The position numbers and the translations under genes are program-made. DNA of 64,000 bases from Candidatus Saccharicenans subterraneus (lineage in GTDB: Bacteria; Acidobacteriota; Aminicenantia; Aminicenantales; Saccharicenantaceae), in contig QUAH01000009.1 in the NCBI GenBank assembly GCA_003426165.1, forward strand, positions 64,620 to 128,619, given 5' to 3'. The notes beneath the pieces are model-generated. The model did no database searches, was not told where the DNA came from, and was given only the letters and a program-made list of their open reading frames with translations. The number at the start of each line of letters is the position of its first letter. Positions within the stretch are counted from its first letter, which is position 1. Below are positions 1-13,157 of this stretch, piece by piece.

Positions 1-1165
1 TGAACATGGCCACCACCCGGTCAAACCCGGTCGGCAGATGGTCAGCAAAGTAGGTGGAACCTTGCAGTCCCAGTTCCTCGCCTCCGAACAGGACAAACAT
101 GACCGACCTCTTGGGCTTCGGGTTCAGGGAAGCAAAAGCCTTGGCCAGGATCATCACCACCGCCGAGCCACTGGCGTTGTCGTCGGCTCCCGGGAACAGC
201 AGGCCCAGGTGACGGCCGCAGTGGTCGTAATGGCCGCCGATGATGATCAGCTCTTTCTTGAGCTTTGGATCAGACCCTTCCACCCAGCCGGCGATGTTAT
301 AACCGGTGGAATCGGGGAAATGCCTGGAGCTGACCCGGTAGGATAGCCGGGCTTTCAGGTCGAAGGAAATCGGTCGCTTGTAAACTTGCAGGGCCTTCTT
401 CAATTCGGCCGTGGTGGAATTTATTTCCTTGAAGATCAGGTCGGCAGTTTTTTCGGTTATCATTCCCGGCATGAAACCGGGCAGCCAGTCGCCGTTGGGG
501 TTGGCCTGGGCTTCGGGATAGATGTAGATCAGGCCCAGGGCACCCTTTTCCCGGGCCACCTTCATCCTGGTCCGGTGTTCGTCGTGAGACTGGAACTCGC
601 GCCGGGCCGGGTCGGGTGTTCCCCGGAAACAGAGAACAAATTTGCCTTTAACTTCGACCCCGGCATAATCGTCATAGTTGAGTTCAGGCGCGGATATGCC
701 CCAGCCAGCGAAGACCAGGCCGGCCGTGTGCTCCCCGGAGTCCGAGTAAAGCAGGGGCAGGAAATCCTTTTCCGGTTTCAGTTCCACCGGTTCCAATTGA
801 GGCTGGCCGTCGCTTCCGGTCTTGCCGGGCAGGTGAAGAGTCATGGAGGCCTGGTCGATGACGGTGTGGGGAGAGGGATAGGGCTGGAGATAACCGTTCC
901 TGGCATCAAGAGGCTTAAGCCCCCATTCCTTGAATTTGGCTGCGGCCCAGCGGGCAGCCCGGGTATAGCCTTCATGGCCGGTCAGACGGCCGGCAAATTC
1001 TTCCGAGGCCATGGTCCTGGTGAGCTGGTAGGCCAGGAGCGGGTCTATGCCATCCACCGCCTTCTTGAGGCGGACGGGCAGCTCAGCAGCCGTCAGCCAG
1101 CTGAAAATTGTAAGCGGGAATACCAGGATTAGCGACAGATAGGTTAATCTCTTTTTAGTGTTCAT
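1..1165 (-). CDS. M28 family metallopeptidase with PA domain, secreted (runs off the left window edge)
   Basis: Not in the ORF track. Read manually from ATG at 1165: MNTKKRLTYLSLILVFPLTIFSW signal peptide, then FAGRLTGHEGY, GANDNASGSAVV and LFGGEELGLQGS M28 motifs. Paralog of 3244..4791. Confidence 0.88.
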   Translation of the reverse strand, partial: MNTKKRLTYLSLILVFPLTIFSWLTAAELPVRLKKAVDGIDPLLAYQLTRTMASEEFAGRLTGHEGYTRAARWAAAKFKEWGLKPLDARNGYLQPYPSPHTVIDQASMTLHLPGKTGSDGQPQLEPVELKPEKDFLPLLYSDSGEHTAGLVFAGWGISAPELNYDDYAGVEVKGKFVLCFRGTPDPARREFQSHDEHRTRMKVAREKGALGLIYIYPEAQANPNGDWLPGFMPGMITEKTADLIFKEINSTTAELKKALQVYKRPISFDLKARLSYRVSSRHFPDSTGYNIAGWVEGSDPKLKKELIIIGGHYDHCGRHLGLLFPGADDNASGSAVVMILAKAFASLNPKPKRSVMFVLFGGEELGLQGSTYFADHLPTGFDRVVAMF

Positions 1166-1284
1166 GAGCCTTCTCTCAAATTAAATTTTAGAGGCGATTA
1201 TATCACATAACCGAATTCAGGCGGCAGGCAAAAGTGCCAGAATTTGAGCCAGGCTCCGGGAGAGGTTTAAGTCTGTCCCGGTCT

Positions 1285-1482
1285 TTATCTCTTCCGTCGC
1301 TTTTTCTTGCGGTTTATCTCTTTAAGAACAGCCGGGTGGAGGACTATGAAATAGTAGGCAGCCAGGAACACCAGCAAAACCGCTCCGGCCAGCCAGCGGC
1401 CCCTGACCAGGTTCCATATGGAATAGGATAGAAGCCCCAGGAACAGGGCCAGGTGAACAAAGGCGAACAGCCATTCGAACAT
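1285..1482 (-). CDS. small membrane protein, two hydrophobic segments and a basic tail
   Basis: 65-aa ORF with two TM-like helices ending in RKKKRRKR. Co-oriented just downstream of the cyclophilin gene; weak RBS. Confidence 0.5.
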   Translation of the reverse strand: MFEWLFAFVHLALFLGLLSYSIWNLVRGRWLAGAVLLVFLAAYYFIVLHPAVLKEINRKKKRRKR

Positions 1483-1531
1483 CGGTCCGGCCGGGAACAG
1501 CCTGCGATCCTAACGCCGGCTGTGGTTCAAT

Positions 1532-2104
1532 TTACTGAATCCTGGTAACAGAAATGATGATGATGGGTTCAACCGGGACGTCGCGGTACATGCCCTTGGT
1601 GGTGGTGGCCACCTCGGCAATGGCGTCGACCACTTCCATCCCCTGAATGACCTTGCCGAAAACGGCGTAACCGAATTTCTTGGGGTCGTTGGGCACGTGG
1701 TCCAGGAAGGGGTTGTCCACCAGGTTTATAAAGAACTGGCAGGTGGCGCTGTCGATCTCAGGGGTCCTGGCCATGGCAATTGTCCCGCGCAGGTTCTTTA
1801 ACCCGTTGTTGGCCTCGTTCTTGATCGGGGGCCGTTTTTCTTCTTTGGTCTGCAGGTCCGGGGTCAAACCGCCACCCTGGATCATGAAGCCTTTAATCAC
1901 CCGGTGAAAAATGGTACCGTCGTAGAACTTGTCTCCGACATAGGTCAGGAAATTCTTGACGGTAATCGGGGCCTTATCAGCAAACAGCTCGATCACGATG
2001 TCTCCCTTGCTGGTCTTCATCAGGATACGGGGATTGGCCGCCAGCAGGGAGCTGATGGAGAAGACCAGGAGCAGGCTGAAAAAGATGAAAATAACTTTGT
2101 TCAT
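1532..2104 (-). CDS. ppiA: periplasmic cyclophilin-type peptidyl-prolyl cis-trans isomerase
   Basis: Signal peptide; FYDGTIFHRVIKGFMIQGGG, GTIAMART, QFFINLVDN and YAVFGKV motifs; GGAGG RBS. Confidence 0.95.
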   Translation of the reverse strand: MNKVIFIFFSLLLVFSISSLLAANPRILMKTSKGDIVIELFADKAPITVKNFLTYVGDKFYDGTIFHRVIKGFMIQGGGLTPDLQTKEEKRPPIKNEANNGLKNLRGTIAMARTPEIDSATCQFFINLVDNPFLDHVPNDPKKFGYAVFGKVIQGMEVVDAIAEVATTTKGMYRDVPVEPIIIISVTRIQ

Positions 2105-2264
2105 TTTCTACCTCCGAATAAGAGCTTACGATACCAAATAAAATAAAAATAATCAATTTCGGGATTGACGGCCGAAGTTGACTCCAGAATTTCGGCTGCC
2201 TGGCGATAAGGCTTGACTTTCCCGGCCGGTGGTGGGATAAAATGACTGAAAAGGAGGCTGCGGC

Positions 2265-3095
2265 ATGCCAAAATCGGCAGTCAGGACACTCGGGTCACTG
2301 TTCATTTCCTTCATGGTCTTATCTTCTCCGCTGCTGGCGGATGGTAACCTGGAGTTTAATGTTCATTATTCCTACTGGACGCTGAACGTGGTCCGGGGCC
2401 TGGTGGAGAAAATGGTCAGCGATACCCTGGAGAACGACCTCAAGGACCGCTTCCTGCAGCAGATTCAGGCGGACTATCCAACCCTGGTCGAGAGAGGTTA
2501 CCAGCAGGATGTCAATTTTGATGCGCCGGGCCACAACATCGGGTTTGAACTCCGCTTTTATCCGGGAGGAAGGGGAGGAGCCTTTAGCCTCGGGCTGGCT
2601 GTCGAGCAGACCACCATGAAAATCTCTTTTCCATCGGTTACGGCCAGGCTGGACCTCGTCGACCTCAACCTGAACCAGACGGCTACTTATAACGGCCAGG
2701 CCGGAGGGGAATTCATCATCAAGCCGCTGTCCTTCCACCTGAACATGCGCTGGGAATTCCTGCCTTCCAAAGTTCTGTCTCCTTACCTGACCATCGGGGC
2801 GGGGATTTCCACCTCCAAGAGCTTTTTCGATGCCCGGTACCGGTACGAGTACAGCGGAACGCTCACCCTTCCCGACAGTTCCACCGAACAGTACTCCGAT
2901 TCCGATACCAAGACCCTGAGGCAGATCAAGGACGAGCGCCTGGCCGAGGGAAAGGACTTCCCGCTGAATTTCTTGCCGATCTTTCAATTCAACCTGGGAT
3001 TGAGAGCCAGGCTATCCCGGGCCCTGAACCTGGTGGCCGACGTCGGAATCTTTGACGGCTTTCTTTTCCGTGGAGGGCTGTCCATCAGAATCTGA
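2265..3095 (+). CDS. hypothetical exported protein, probable outer-membrane beta-barrel
   Basis: AAGGAGG RBS, signal peptide, amphipathic beta-strands (PYLTIGAGI, FQFNLGLR, LFRGGLSIRI). Confidence 0.65.
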   Translation: MPKSAVRTLGSLFISFMVLSSPLLADGNLEFNVHYSYWTLNVVRGLVEKMVSDTLENDLKDRFLQQIQADYPTLVERGYQQDVNFDAPGHNIGFELRFYPGGRGGAFSLGLAVEQTTMKISFPSVTARLDLVDLNLNQTATYNGQAGGEFIIKPLSFHLNMRWEFLPSKVLSPYLTIGAGISTSKSFFDARYRYEYSGTLTLPDSSTEQYSDSDTKTLRQIKDERLAEGKDFPLNFLPIFQFNLGLRARLSRALNLVADVGIFDGFLFRGGLSIRI

Positions 3096-3243
3096 TCAGC
3101 GGTCCGAGTTTTCAGGTTGGGAACAGGCCGGACGGCCTTGGCCTCGGCGGATTGAAATAATAGCTAACCAGCGAGAAATTTTTTACTCCAGCCCTCAACC
3201 TGCGGTATTATATCCTCTTTATATTTAAGCAGGGAGAAGTGCG

Positions 3244-4791
3244 ATGAAACATCACTTCAGAAAAGCAGGCGCCTGGCTGATTGTTCTGATGCTGGCCCTG
3301 TACCTGGGACAGCTGGCCTCGCCGGCTCAAACTCGAATGGCGGATGACAGCCAGAAGTTGCTGCGGGTATTCCACACCATTTCCAGCAACACCCTTATTG
3401 AGTATGTCAGGGAGCTGACCTCGGACAAGTACACCGGCCGCCTGACCGGGACCGAGGGTTATAACCTTTCGGCCGAATGGGTCATCTCCAAACTGAAAGA
3501 GTGGGGCCTGGAGCCGGCCGGGGACAAAGGAACCTATCTCCAGGCTTTTCCCAATCCTTACACCCTGATCCTGGACAGGGGCGAGGTGTCCATGCATCTC
3601 AAGGTGGGGAAATCCGATCCGAAGACCCAGGCCACGGTTAAGAAATATTATCTTTATGAGGATGAATATTTTCCCGGCGGTACCTCGGCCTCGGGTGAAG
3701 TCACGGCCGAGGTGGTTTACGTCGGCTACGGCATCACCGCTCCGGAACTTGGTTACGATGATTACCGGGGCGTCGATGTTCGAGGGAAAATAGTCCTGAT
3801 GGAAAATGAAGTTCCCTACAGCCCGGACAAAGACCCGGAGACATTTAAGAAGTGGCGCCCCTATTCCTTCCACCAGTACAAGCTGCAGAATGCGGCCGCT
3901 CACGGGGCCAGGGGCATGCTGTATTATTACGGGCCGATCTGCAATCCCAACAATGATTACATCGAAGGCTTCCTCTACAGTCATGTCGGCCAGACAGTGG
4001 TCGACGATATCTTCGCCGGTACCGGCCGCACTTACCAGGCCACCGTGGAAAAAATCAGGACCGCCCTGAAGTCCCAGTCCTTTGCCACCGGCAAGGTCTT
4101 CACCATCAGGAACAAGACCGAACATCACCCTGAAGGTGTTGGCTATAACCTGCTGGCTAAAATAAAAGGGACCGACCCGGTGCTCGGGGAGGAAGTCATC
4201 ATAATAGGCGGGCATCTCGACCACCTGGGGCTTTTCCCGGAACTGATGCCCGGGGCCAATGACAACGCCTCGGCCGTGGCCGTCATGCTGGGCCTGGCCG
4301 AAGCCATCAGCAGATGCGAAATAAAGCCGAAGAGGACCATCCTCTTCGCCTTCTTTGGAGCCGAAGAACAGGGAGTGAAGGGCTCCGAGTATTACCTCCA
4401 GAACCCGGTCTATCCGGTGGAAAAAACCGTGGGGCTCATCAACATGGATGGCGTGGGTAGCGGGGAGCGGATTTTTGCTCTGGCCGGGAAGAATTTCCCC
4501 TGGCTGTATGCTCCCTTTGAAAAGGCCAACGCCGTCTACCTGCACCGGGAAATGGGCACCAATTACTGGGCCAACCTGACCCGGCCCAGGCTGGACGCGG
4601 CCCGGTTCATGGACAGGAATATCCCTTCGCTGTCATTCTCCACTTCGGGTCTGAGATTGCCATATCCCACTTACCATAACACCCGGGATAATCTCAGCCT
4701 GATCAATCCCGAAATGCTGGAGGATATGACCAGGCTGATGTTTCTGGCGGTTATGGAGCTAGCCAGCGCTCCGGCCGAAAGCCTTAAATAA
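3244..4791 (+). CDS. M28 family aminopeptidase with PA domain, secreted
   Basis: Signal peptide; PA domain (VVYVGYGITAPELGYDDY); Zn ligand motifs GGHLDH, GANDNAS, GAEEQG, NMDGVG, YHNTRD. Confidence 0.93.
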   Translation: MKHHFRKAGAWLIVLMLALYLGQLASPAQTRMADDSQKLLRVFHTISSNTLIEYVRELTSDKYTGRLTGTEGYNLSAEWVISKLKEWGLEPAGDKGTYLQAFPNPYTLILDRGEVSMHLKVGKSDPKTQATVKKYYLYEDEYFPGGTSASGEVTAEVVYVGYGITAPELGYDDYRGVDVRGKIVLMENEVPYSPDKDPETFKKWRPYSFHQYKLQNAAAHGARGMLYYYGPICNPNNDYIEGFLYSHVGQTVVDDIFAGTGRTYQATVEKIRTALKSQSFATGKVFTIRNKTEHHPEGVGYNLLAKIKGTDPVLGEEVIIIGGHLDHLGLFPELMPGANDNASAVAVMLGLAEAISRCEIKPKRTILFAFFGAEEQGVKGSEYYLQNPVYPVEKTVGLINMDGVGSGERIFALAGKNFPWLYAPFEKANAVYLHREMGTNYWANLTRPRLDAARFMDRNIPSLSFSTSGLRLPYPTYHNTRDNLSLINPEMLEDMTRLMFLAVMELASAPAESLK

Positions 4792-4952
4792 GCTTTCTCT
4801 AGACCGGGCTTGAAGACTCTTTGAACTATAACCTTTTTTATATTTATTTTTTGGCCAGAGCCTGAAAGAGAGGACTGCTCCCCTCACTGAGGTCGGAAGC
4901 CCCTGGCCTGCGGTCCTTAATTTTATGGTGAGACCTGCGGCCCTCAATTTTT

Positions 4953-5942
4953 TTAAAGGTGCAGTTCAACAGTATCCTCGTCGGTCAGCAGGTATTCCCT
5001 GGTCACCCGCAGGCCGTTAATCGTGCCCGGCTTGTTCCAGACCCGGGCGTAGTTGAGCTTCTCGGCAAAGTCCTTGTGAACCTGTCGGGCCAGGTCCATT
5101 ATGTTGCTGCCTTTTTTTAGGATGAAGGGAGAGTCATAATCTGGCTTTTTGCCTGGCACCTTGCTGTAAACCCTGACAATCTGTAGCAACTCGAAGACCC
5201 GGCGCCTCAAGTTTTCCAATCCCTCAGCCGTTACCGAAGACACCAGGAGCCGGTCCAGGGTTTTCCCGAAGAGTATATCCAGTTCCTCCAGGAGGTCTCC
5301 GCTTCCCGGAAGGTCACACTTGTTTAAGACCAGAAGAGCCCTCTTCAGGAACGGGAATCTATCCGGCGGGATGACTGTTTCTTCGGAAACAAGTTCAACT
5401 TTCTTTTCCTTGAGGCGATTGATGATCGTTTCCAGCTGGCCCGAAGAATCCGGGCTGCTGGCATCCAGTACCACCAGGACCGCCTCGGCCATTTTGACCA
5501 TCTCGGCCAGCCAGGATTCCATGAAATCGGCGGTGATGGGCGGGGTGTCGATGAGCTGTATTTTTATGTTTTCAAAAGGCATCATGTAGGGTGAGGCTGT
5601 CCTGGTGGTGAAGGGGAAGTCGGCCACTTCCACCTCCACTCCAGTCAGGGCCCGGATGAGGGCTGACTTGCCGGCGTTGGGCGGGCCGATGATTATGACC
5701 TGGCCGGCCCCGGATTTTTCAATCCTGAATAGCTGTCCCTTCCGGGCTGCCGGCCGCTGTTCGATTTCTTCTTTCAGCTTGGCAATCTTGGTACGGTACA
5801 GGGCTACCAGCTTTTCTGTACCCTTGTGCCGGGGAATGATGGACAGCAACTTTTCCATGATGGCAATTTTCTCTTCGGCAGTCTTCGCCTGGCGCAGGGT
5901 TTTTTCCACTTCGAAGTACTCTGGCGGCAGATTGGCCGGCAT
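4953..5942 (-). CDS. DRG-like OBG-family GTPase with C-terminal TGS domain
   Basis: N-terminal helical part with HKGTEK; G1 GPPNAGKS, G2 FPFTT, G3 DTPP, G4 NKCD; TGS domain (DLARQVHKDF...YARVW). Confidence 0.9.
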   Translation of the reverse strand: MPANLPPEYFEVEKTLRQAKTAEEKIAIMEKLLSIIPRHKGTEKLVALYRTKIAKLKEEIEQRPAARKGQLFRIEKSGAGQVIIIGPPNAGKSALIRALTGVEVEVADFPFTTRTASPYMMPFENIKIQLIDTPPITADFMESWLAEMVKMAEAVLVVLDASSPDSSGQLETIINRLKEKKVELVSEETVIPPDRFPFLKRALLVLNKCDLPGSGDLLEELDILFGKTLDRLLVSSVTAEGLENLRRRVFELLQIVRVYSKVPGKKPDYDSPFILKKGSNIMDLARQVHKDFAEKLNYARVWNKPGTINGLRVTREYLLTDEDTVELHL

Positions 5943-6166
5943 TTTTTGACCTCCAGGAATAACCTATTTTAACCTAGAACCGGTAGTTTTTTAAGCAGCC
6001 AGAATGGCTATCCTGCCTCTTTTCTGCCGGTAAAATAAGTCGATTTTTGCCTGGAAAATGGCCTGCGATTGCCTAATCGGGCCAGGTGATTTATAATATG
6101 CTGATAATAAACAAATTAGCAATAGTAAAAAAGCCGCTTTTGGGCCATTTTTTTCTTTACTTTTAG

Positions 6167-8650
<2,484 letters not shown>

Positions 8651-8685
8651 CACGGTCATAGAGACTTGAGGGAAAGGTTGAACTG

Positions 8686-11265
8686 ATGGCCGCAAAAAAA
8701 CAAAAACCTGAACCAAAAAAGACCAGAAAAGAAAAACAGGAAAAGCCGGAAGAACAGCCCGAACAGACCAAGTCTTCTGGTCGGCAGCCGGAAGAGCCCG
8801 GGCCGGAACCCCAGAAAGCTCAGAACCCGGAGCAACTGGCCCCGATAGCCCAGAGCCTGTCCGTGGTCAGCCTGGAAGAGGAGATGAAGAAGTCCTACCT
8901 GGACTACGCCCTGAGCGTCATCATCGGCCGGGCCATCCCCGATATAAAGGACGGGCTGAAACCGGTTCACCGGCGTGTCCTCTACGCCATGTGGGAAACC
9001 AGCACCACCCACAATAAGCCCTATAAAAAATCGGCCAGAATCGTGGGTGATGTCATCGGTAAGTACCATCCCCACGGGGACGTGGCTGTCTACGACGCCC
9101 TGGTCAGGATGGCCCAGGACTTCAGCATGCGCTACCCGCTGGTTGACGGCCAGGGAAATTTTGGCTCGATCGACGGAGACCCGCCGGCCGCCATGCGGTA
9201 TACCGAGGTCCGGATGACCCGGCTGGCCGAGGAGCTGCTGGCCGACATCGAAAAGGACACGGTCAATTTTGTGCCCAACTACGACGAAAGCCTGTTGATG
9301 CCCGAGGTCCTGCCGGCCAAGTTCCCCAACCTGCTGGTCAATGGAGCCTCGGGTATTGCCGTGGGCATGGCCACCAACATTCCGCCCCACAACCTGGCCG
9401 AGGTCTGCGACGGACTGGTCTATCTCATTGACCATCCCCGGGCCAGCCTGGATGACATCATGAAATACATCCCGGGCCCGGACTTTCCCACCGGCGGTTA
9501 TGTTTTTAACCGGCAGAACATCCGCCAGGCCTACCAGGAGGGCAAGGGAGTCATCCACCTCCGGGCCAAGACCACCATCGAGCGGGCGGACAAAGGAGAA
9601 AGAGACAGGATAGTCATCACCGAAATTCCCTACGGCGTCAACAAGGCCCGGTTGCTGGAGAACATCGCCGACCTGGTCAACAACAAGAAGATCGAGGGCA
9701 TCGCCGACATCAGGGATGAATCCGACCGGGAAGGCATCAGGGTGGTGATTGAAGTCAAGCGGGGCGAGCTGCCGGAGATAATCCTCAATAATCTCTACAA
9801 GCACACGGCCCTGCAGACCTCTTTCGGCATCATCATGCTGGCCATAGTCGACAAGCAGCCCAAGCTGTTGAACCTGCTGGAAATGATGAACTACTTCATC
9901 GCCCACCGCCGGGACGTCATCATCAGGCGCACCAAGCACGACCTGAAGAAAGCCGAGCATCGGGCCCACATCCTGGAGGGCCTGCTGATAGCCCTGGATT
10001 ACCTGGATGCGGTCATCAACCTGATCAGGTCTTCCAAGACGGTGGAAGAGGCCAAGAACGGGTTGATGACCAGGTTCAAGCTGACGGCCATCCAGGCCCA
10101 GGCCATCCTGGAAATGCAGTTGCAGAGACTGACCGGGCTGGAAAGGCAGAAGATTGTGCAGGAGCACCGGGACCTGCTGGCCCTGATCAAGCAGCTGAAG
10201 CTCATCCTTAAGAACCCGGAAATGGTTCTCCAGATCATCAAGGATGAACTCAAGCAACTTAAAGAACAGTATAAAGATGAAAGACGGACTGAAATCAGGG
10301 ACGAGGTTATCACCGAGATCAAGGCCGAAGACCTGATCAAGGAAGAAGACGTGGCCATTGTCTACACCCAGTCCGGCTACATCAAGAGGACTTCCCTCAG
10401 TGCCTACCGCTACCAGAGCCGCGGCGGCAAGGGCCGGAAGGGAATTGAGATGAAGGCCGAGGACGTGGTGGAGAACCTGTTCGTGGGCTCCACTCATTCC
10501 TACCTCCTGGTCTTTACCAACCGGGGCCGGATGTACTGGCTGAAGGCTCTGGACGTGCCTGATGTCGGGCCCTCCGGCCGGGGCAAGGCCATCGTCAACC
10601 TGCTGGAAATGCAGCCGGATGAAAAGGTCCAGTCCATCCTGGCCGTGAAAGAATTCCGGGAAGACCAGTACGTGGTCATCATGACCGATACCGGCTTGAT
10701 CAAGAAAACCAGGCTGAGCGAGTTCAAGAACGTCCGCCGGGGCGGGATTATCGCCATGAGCCTGAAACCCAAGAGCCAGCTGTTCACCGCGGCCCTGACC
10801 GACGGCAAGAATGACATCATCATCGGCACCAGGATGGGCAAGGCCATCCGCTTCAAGGAGAAACTGGTCAGGCCCATGGGACGCCAGGCAGCCGGAGTCA
10901 AGGCCATTACCCTGAAGCCCAAGGACCGGGTCATCAGCATGATCGTGGTCGGGCCTGAGGATAAGTACATATTCACTGCCTCAGAACGCGGCTACGGCAA
11001 GAAAACCCCGGTCGAGGATTACCCGGCCCATAACCGCGGCGGGCAGGGTGTGATCAACCTGAAGATTACGGACAAAATCGGTCCGGCCCTGGCCATGGTC
11101 GGGGTTAACGAGGACGACCTGCTGATCATCACCATAAGCGGCAAGGTTATAAGAATCAAGACCACGGAAATCAGGCCGCTCAGCCGGGCCACCCAGGGAG
11201 TCAGGCTCATCCAGCTGGAGGATAAAGACCGGGTCTGCTCCATTGCCAAGGTCCGGGAAGACTGA
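8686..11265 (+). CDS. gyrA: DNA gyrase subunit A
   Basis: [15 protein letters not shown], catalytic AAMRYTE, GyrA-box QSRGGKG, C-terminal beta-pinwheel repeats. Confidence 0.98.
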   Translation: MAAKKQKPEPKKTRKEKQEKPEEQPEQTKSSGRQPEEPGPEPQKAQNPEQLAPIAQSLSVVSLEEEMKKSYLDYALSVIIGRAIPDIKDGLKPVHRRVLYAMWETSTTHNKPYKKSARIVGDVIGKYHPHGDVAVYDALVRMAQDFSMRYPLVDGQGNFGSIDGDPPAAMRYTEVRMTRLAEELLADIEKDTVNFVPNYDESLLMPEVLPAKFPNLLVNGASGIAVGMATNIPPHNLAEVCDGLVYLIDHPRASLDDIMKYIPGPDFPTGGYVFNRQNIRQAYQEGKGVIHLRAKTTIERADKGERDRIVITEIPYGVNKARLLENIADLVNNKKIEGIADIRDESDREGIRVVIEVKRGELPEIILNNLYKHTALQTSFGIIMLAIVDKQPKLLNLLEMMNYFIAHRRDVIIRRTKHDLKKAEHRAHILEGLLIALDYLDAVINLIRSSKTVEEAKNGLMTRFKLTAIQAQAILEMQLQRLTGLERQKIVQEHRDLLALIKQLKLILKNPEMVLQIIKDELKQLKEQYKDERRTEIRDEVITEIKAEDLIKEEDVAIVYTQSGYIKRTSLSAYRYQSRGGKGRKGIEMKAEDVVENLFVGSTHSYLLVFTNRGRMYWLKALDVPDVGPSGRGKAIVNLLEMQPDEKVQSILAVKEFREDQYVVIMTDTGLIKKTRLSEFKNVRRGGIIAMSLKPKSQLFTAALTDGKNDIIIGTRMGKAIRFKEKLVRPMGRQAAGVKAITLKPKDRVISMIVVGPEDKYIFTASERGYGKKTPVEDYPAHNRGGQGVINLKITDKIGPALAMVGVNEDDLLIITISGKVIRIKTTEIRPLSRATQGVRLIQLEDKDRVCSIAKVRED

Positions 11266-11345
11266 GGTCTGCCCCGGAAAAAGTGTTTGCTTTCGACCCG
11301 GCAATTTCTTAAAATCTGCCTGAATCCCATCCGAGGAGGCTAAGA

Positions 11346-13157
11346 ATGATTGAGACTTTAGCCCAGCTATTTTTAAATACGGTCAGGGAATACCGGAAAC
11401 CGGACCTGATGCTCTATAAAAAAGAGGGTAAGTACGTCCCGATTTCCACGGCCGAATTCGAAAGAACCGTGGTCCATCTGGCCCTGGCCCTCAACCATCT
11501 CGGTTTCAGGAAGGGCGACAAGCTGGTCATCCTGTCCGAAAACAGACCCGAATGGGTGATGACCGATTTTGCCACCATCTGCCAGGGTGGCCTGACCGTT
11601 CCCATTTATACTTCCCTTACTGCCCAGCAGGCCGAGTACATCATCCAGGATTCTGATGCCTCGGTGGTGGTGGTCTCGAACCCTGAACAGCGGGCCAAGA
11701 TCGAAGCCATAAAGGGCAACCTGGGAAGAGTCCGGCACTTTATCACCTTCGAACCGGAAAAGGTCCCGGGTTTTATGAACCTGGCCGAGCTGCTGGAAAT
11801 TGGCCAGAAGAAAGCTGCCGAGAACCCCGAACTCTTCACCAGCCTGGCCGCGGCCATCCTGCCCGAGGACGAGGCTTCGCTCATCTATACGTCTGGAACC
11901 ACCGGGTATCCCAAGGGAGTTATCCTGACCCATCATAATTTTATTTCTAACGTTAAGACCTGCGTGGCCCTGTTCGACATCTCCTCCCGCGACACGGTCC
12001 TGTCGTTCCTGCCCCTGTCCCACGTCCTGGAACGAATGGTCATGTTTGCCTATATCTATGCCGGGACCACCATCGGTTTTGCCGAGAGCATAGATACCGT
12101 GGCCCAGAACCTGCTCGAGGTCAGGCCCAATATCATGGTCAGCGTCCCCCGGGTGTTCGAAAAAATCTATGCCAGGGTGATGGACAACGTCCTGACCAGT
12201 TCCACCCTGAAGAAAAAGATATTTTTCTGGGCGTATAGAGTTGGCAAAAAGTATGCCCAGAAAGACCTGGCCGGAGAAAAGATTCCGGCCCTGTTAAAGC
12301 TTAAACGGAAAATCGCCCACAAGCTGGTCTTCAGCAAGATAATCGAGCGAACCGGCGGCCGGGTCCGGTTCTTCATTTCGGGCGGGGCTCCGCTGGCCAA
12401 GGATATTGCTGAGTTTTTCTATGCCCTCGGCCTGGTTATCTATGAGGGCTACGGGCTGACCGAAACTGCCCCGGTCCTGACCGTCAACCGCCCGGGAGCC
12501 ATCAGGTTTGGCACGGTGGGTAAACCCATCCCAGAGGTTGAGCTCAAGATAGCCCCCGACGGGGAAATCCTGGCCAGGGGTCCCAACGTTATGAAGGGCT
12601 ACTACAAGAAAGAAGCCGAGACCCGGGAGGTGTTCGAGGGGGGCTGGTTCCATACCGGTGACATCGGCCACCTGGACGAGGACGGCTTCCTGGTTATAAC
12701 CGATAGGAAGAAGGACCTGATCGTCACTTCCGGCGGAAAGAACGTGGCCCCGCAGCCCATTGAAAACCTTCTCAAGACCTGCCCCTACATCAGCACGGTG
12801 GTGGTCATAGGAGACAAGAGGCGTTTCATTTCAGCCCTGGTGGTCCCCAACTTCGAGAAACTGGAAGAGCTGGCCAAAAGCCGCGGGCTGACCTTTGCCG
12901 ACCGCCGGGAACTGGTCAAGAACCCGGAAATAGTGGCTTTCATCCAGGCCGAGATTGACCGGGCCACTGCCGGAATGGCTTCCTACGAAAAAATCAAGAA
13001 AGTGGCCCTGCTGGACAGGGAACTTGAGATTGAAAAGGGTGAGATCACGCCCACTCTCAAGGTCAGAAGGGCGGCCATAGAAAACCGTTACCGGGAACTG
13101 ATCGAAAGCCTTTACCGGGAGGATTCTTCGGCTTCTTCTTTGGATTCTTCCGAATAG
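11346..13157 (+). CDS. fadD: long-chain fatty acyl-CoA ligase (AMP-dependent synthetase)
   Basis: YTSGTTGYPKG, EGYGLTE, WFHTGDIG, DRKKDLIVTSGGKNVAP, TPTLKVRR; GAGGAGG RBS. Confidence 0.92.
   Translation: MIETLAQLFLNTVREYRKPDLMLYKKEGKYVPISTAEFERTVVHLALALNHLGFRKGDKLVILSENRPEWVMTDFATICQGGLTVPIYTSLTAQQAEYIIQDSDASVVVVSNPEQRAKIEAIKGNLGRVRHFITFEPEKVPGFMNLAELLEIGQKKAAENPELFTSLAAAILPEDEASLIYTSGTTGYPKGVILTHHNFISNVKTCVALFDISSRDTVLSFLPLSHVLERMVMFAYIYAGTTIGFAESIDTVAQNLLEVRPNIMVSVPRVFEKIYARVMDNVLTSSTLKKKIFFWAYRVGKKYAQKDLAGEKIPALLKLKRKIAHKLVFSKIIERTGGRVRFFISGGAPLAKDIAEFFYALGLVIYEGYGLTETAPVLTVNRPGAIRFGTVGKPIPEVELKIAPDGEILARGPNVMKGYYKKEAETREVFEGGWFHTGDIGHLDEDGFLVITDRKKDLIVTSGGKNVAPQPIENLLKTCPYISTVVVIGDKRRFISALVVPNFEKLEELAKSRGLTFADRRELVKNPEIVAFIQAEIDRATAGMASYEKIKKVALLDRELEIEKGEITPTLKVRRAAIENRYRELIESLYREDSSASSLDSSE

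Noticed and set aside
38-1132. Plus-strand ORFs 38..346 and 386..1132
   Set aside because: They are antisense to the M28 peptidase read on the minus strand.
4907-4951. Imperfect direct repeat CCTGCGGTCCTTAATTTT / CCTGCGGCCCTCAATTTT
   Set aside because: Only two copies, 9 nt apart, with no cas genes, so not CRISPR; probably a small local duplication.
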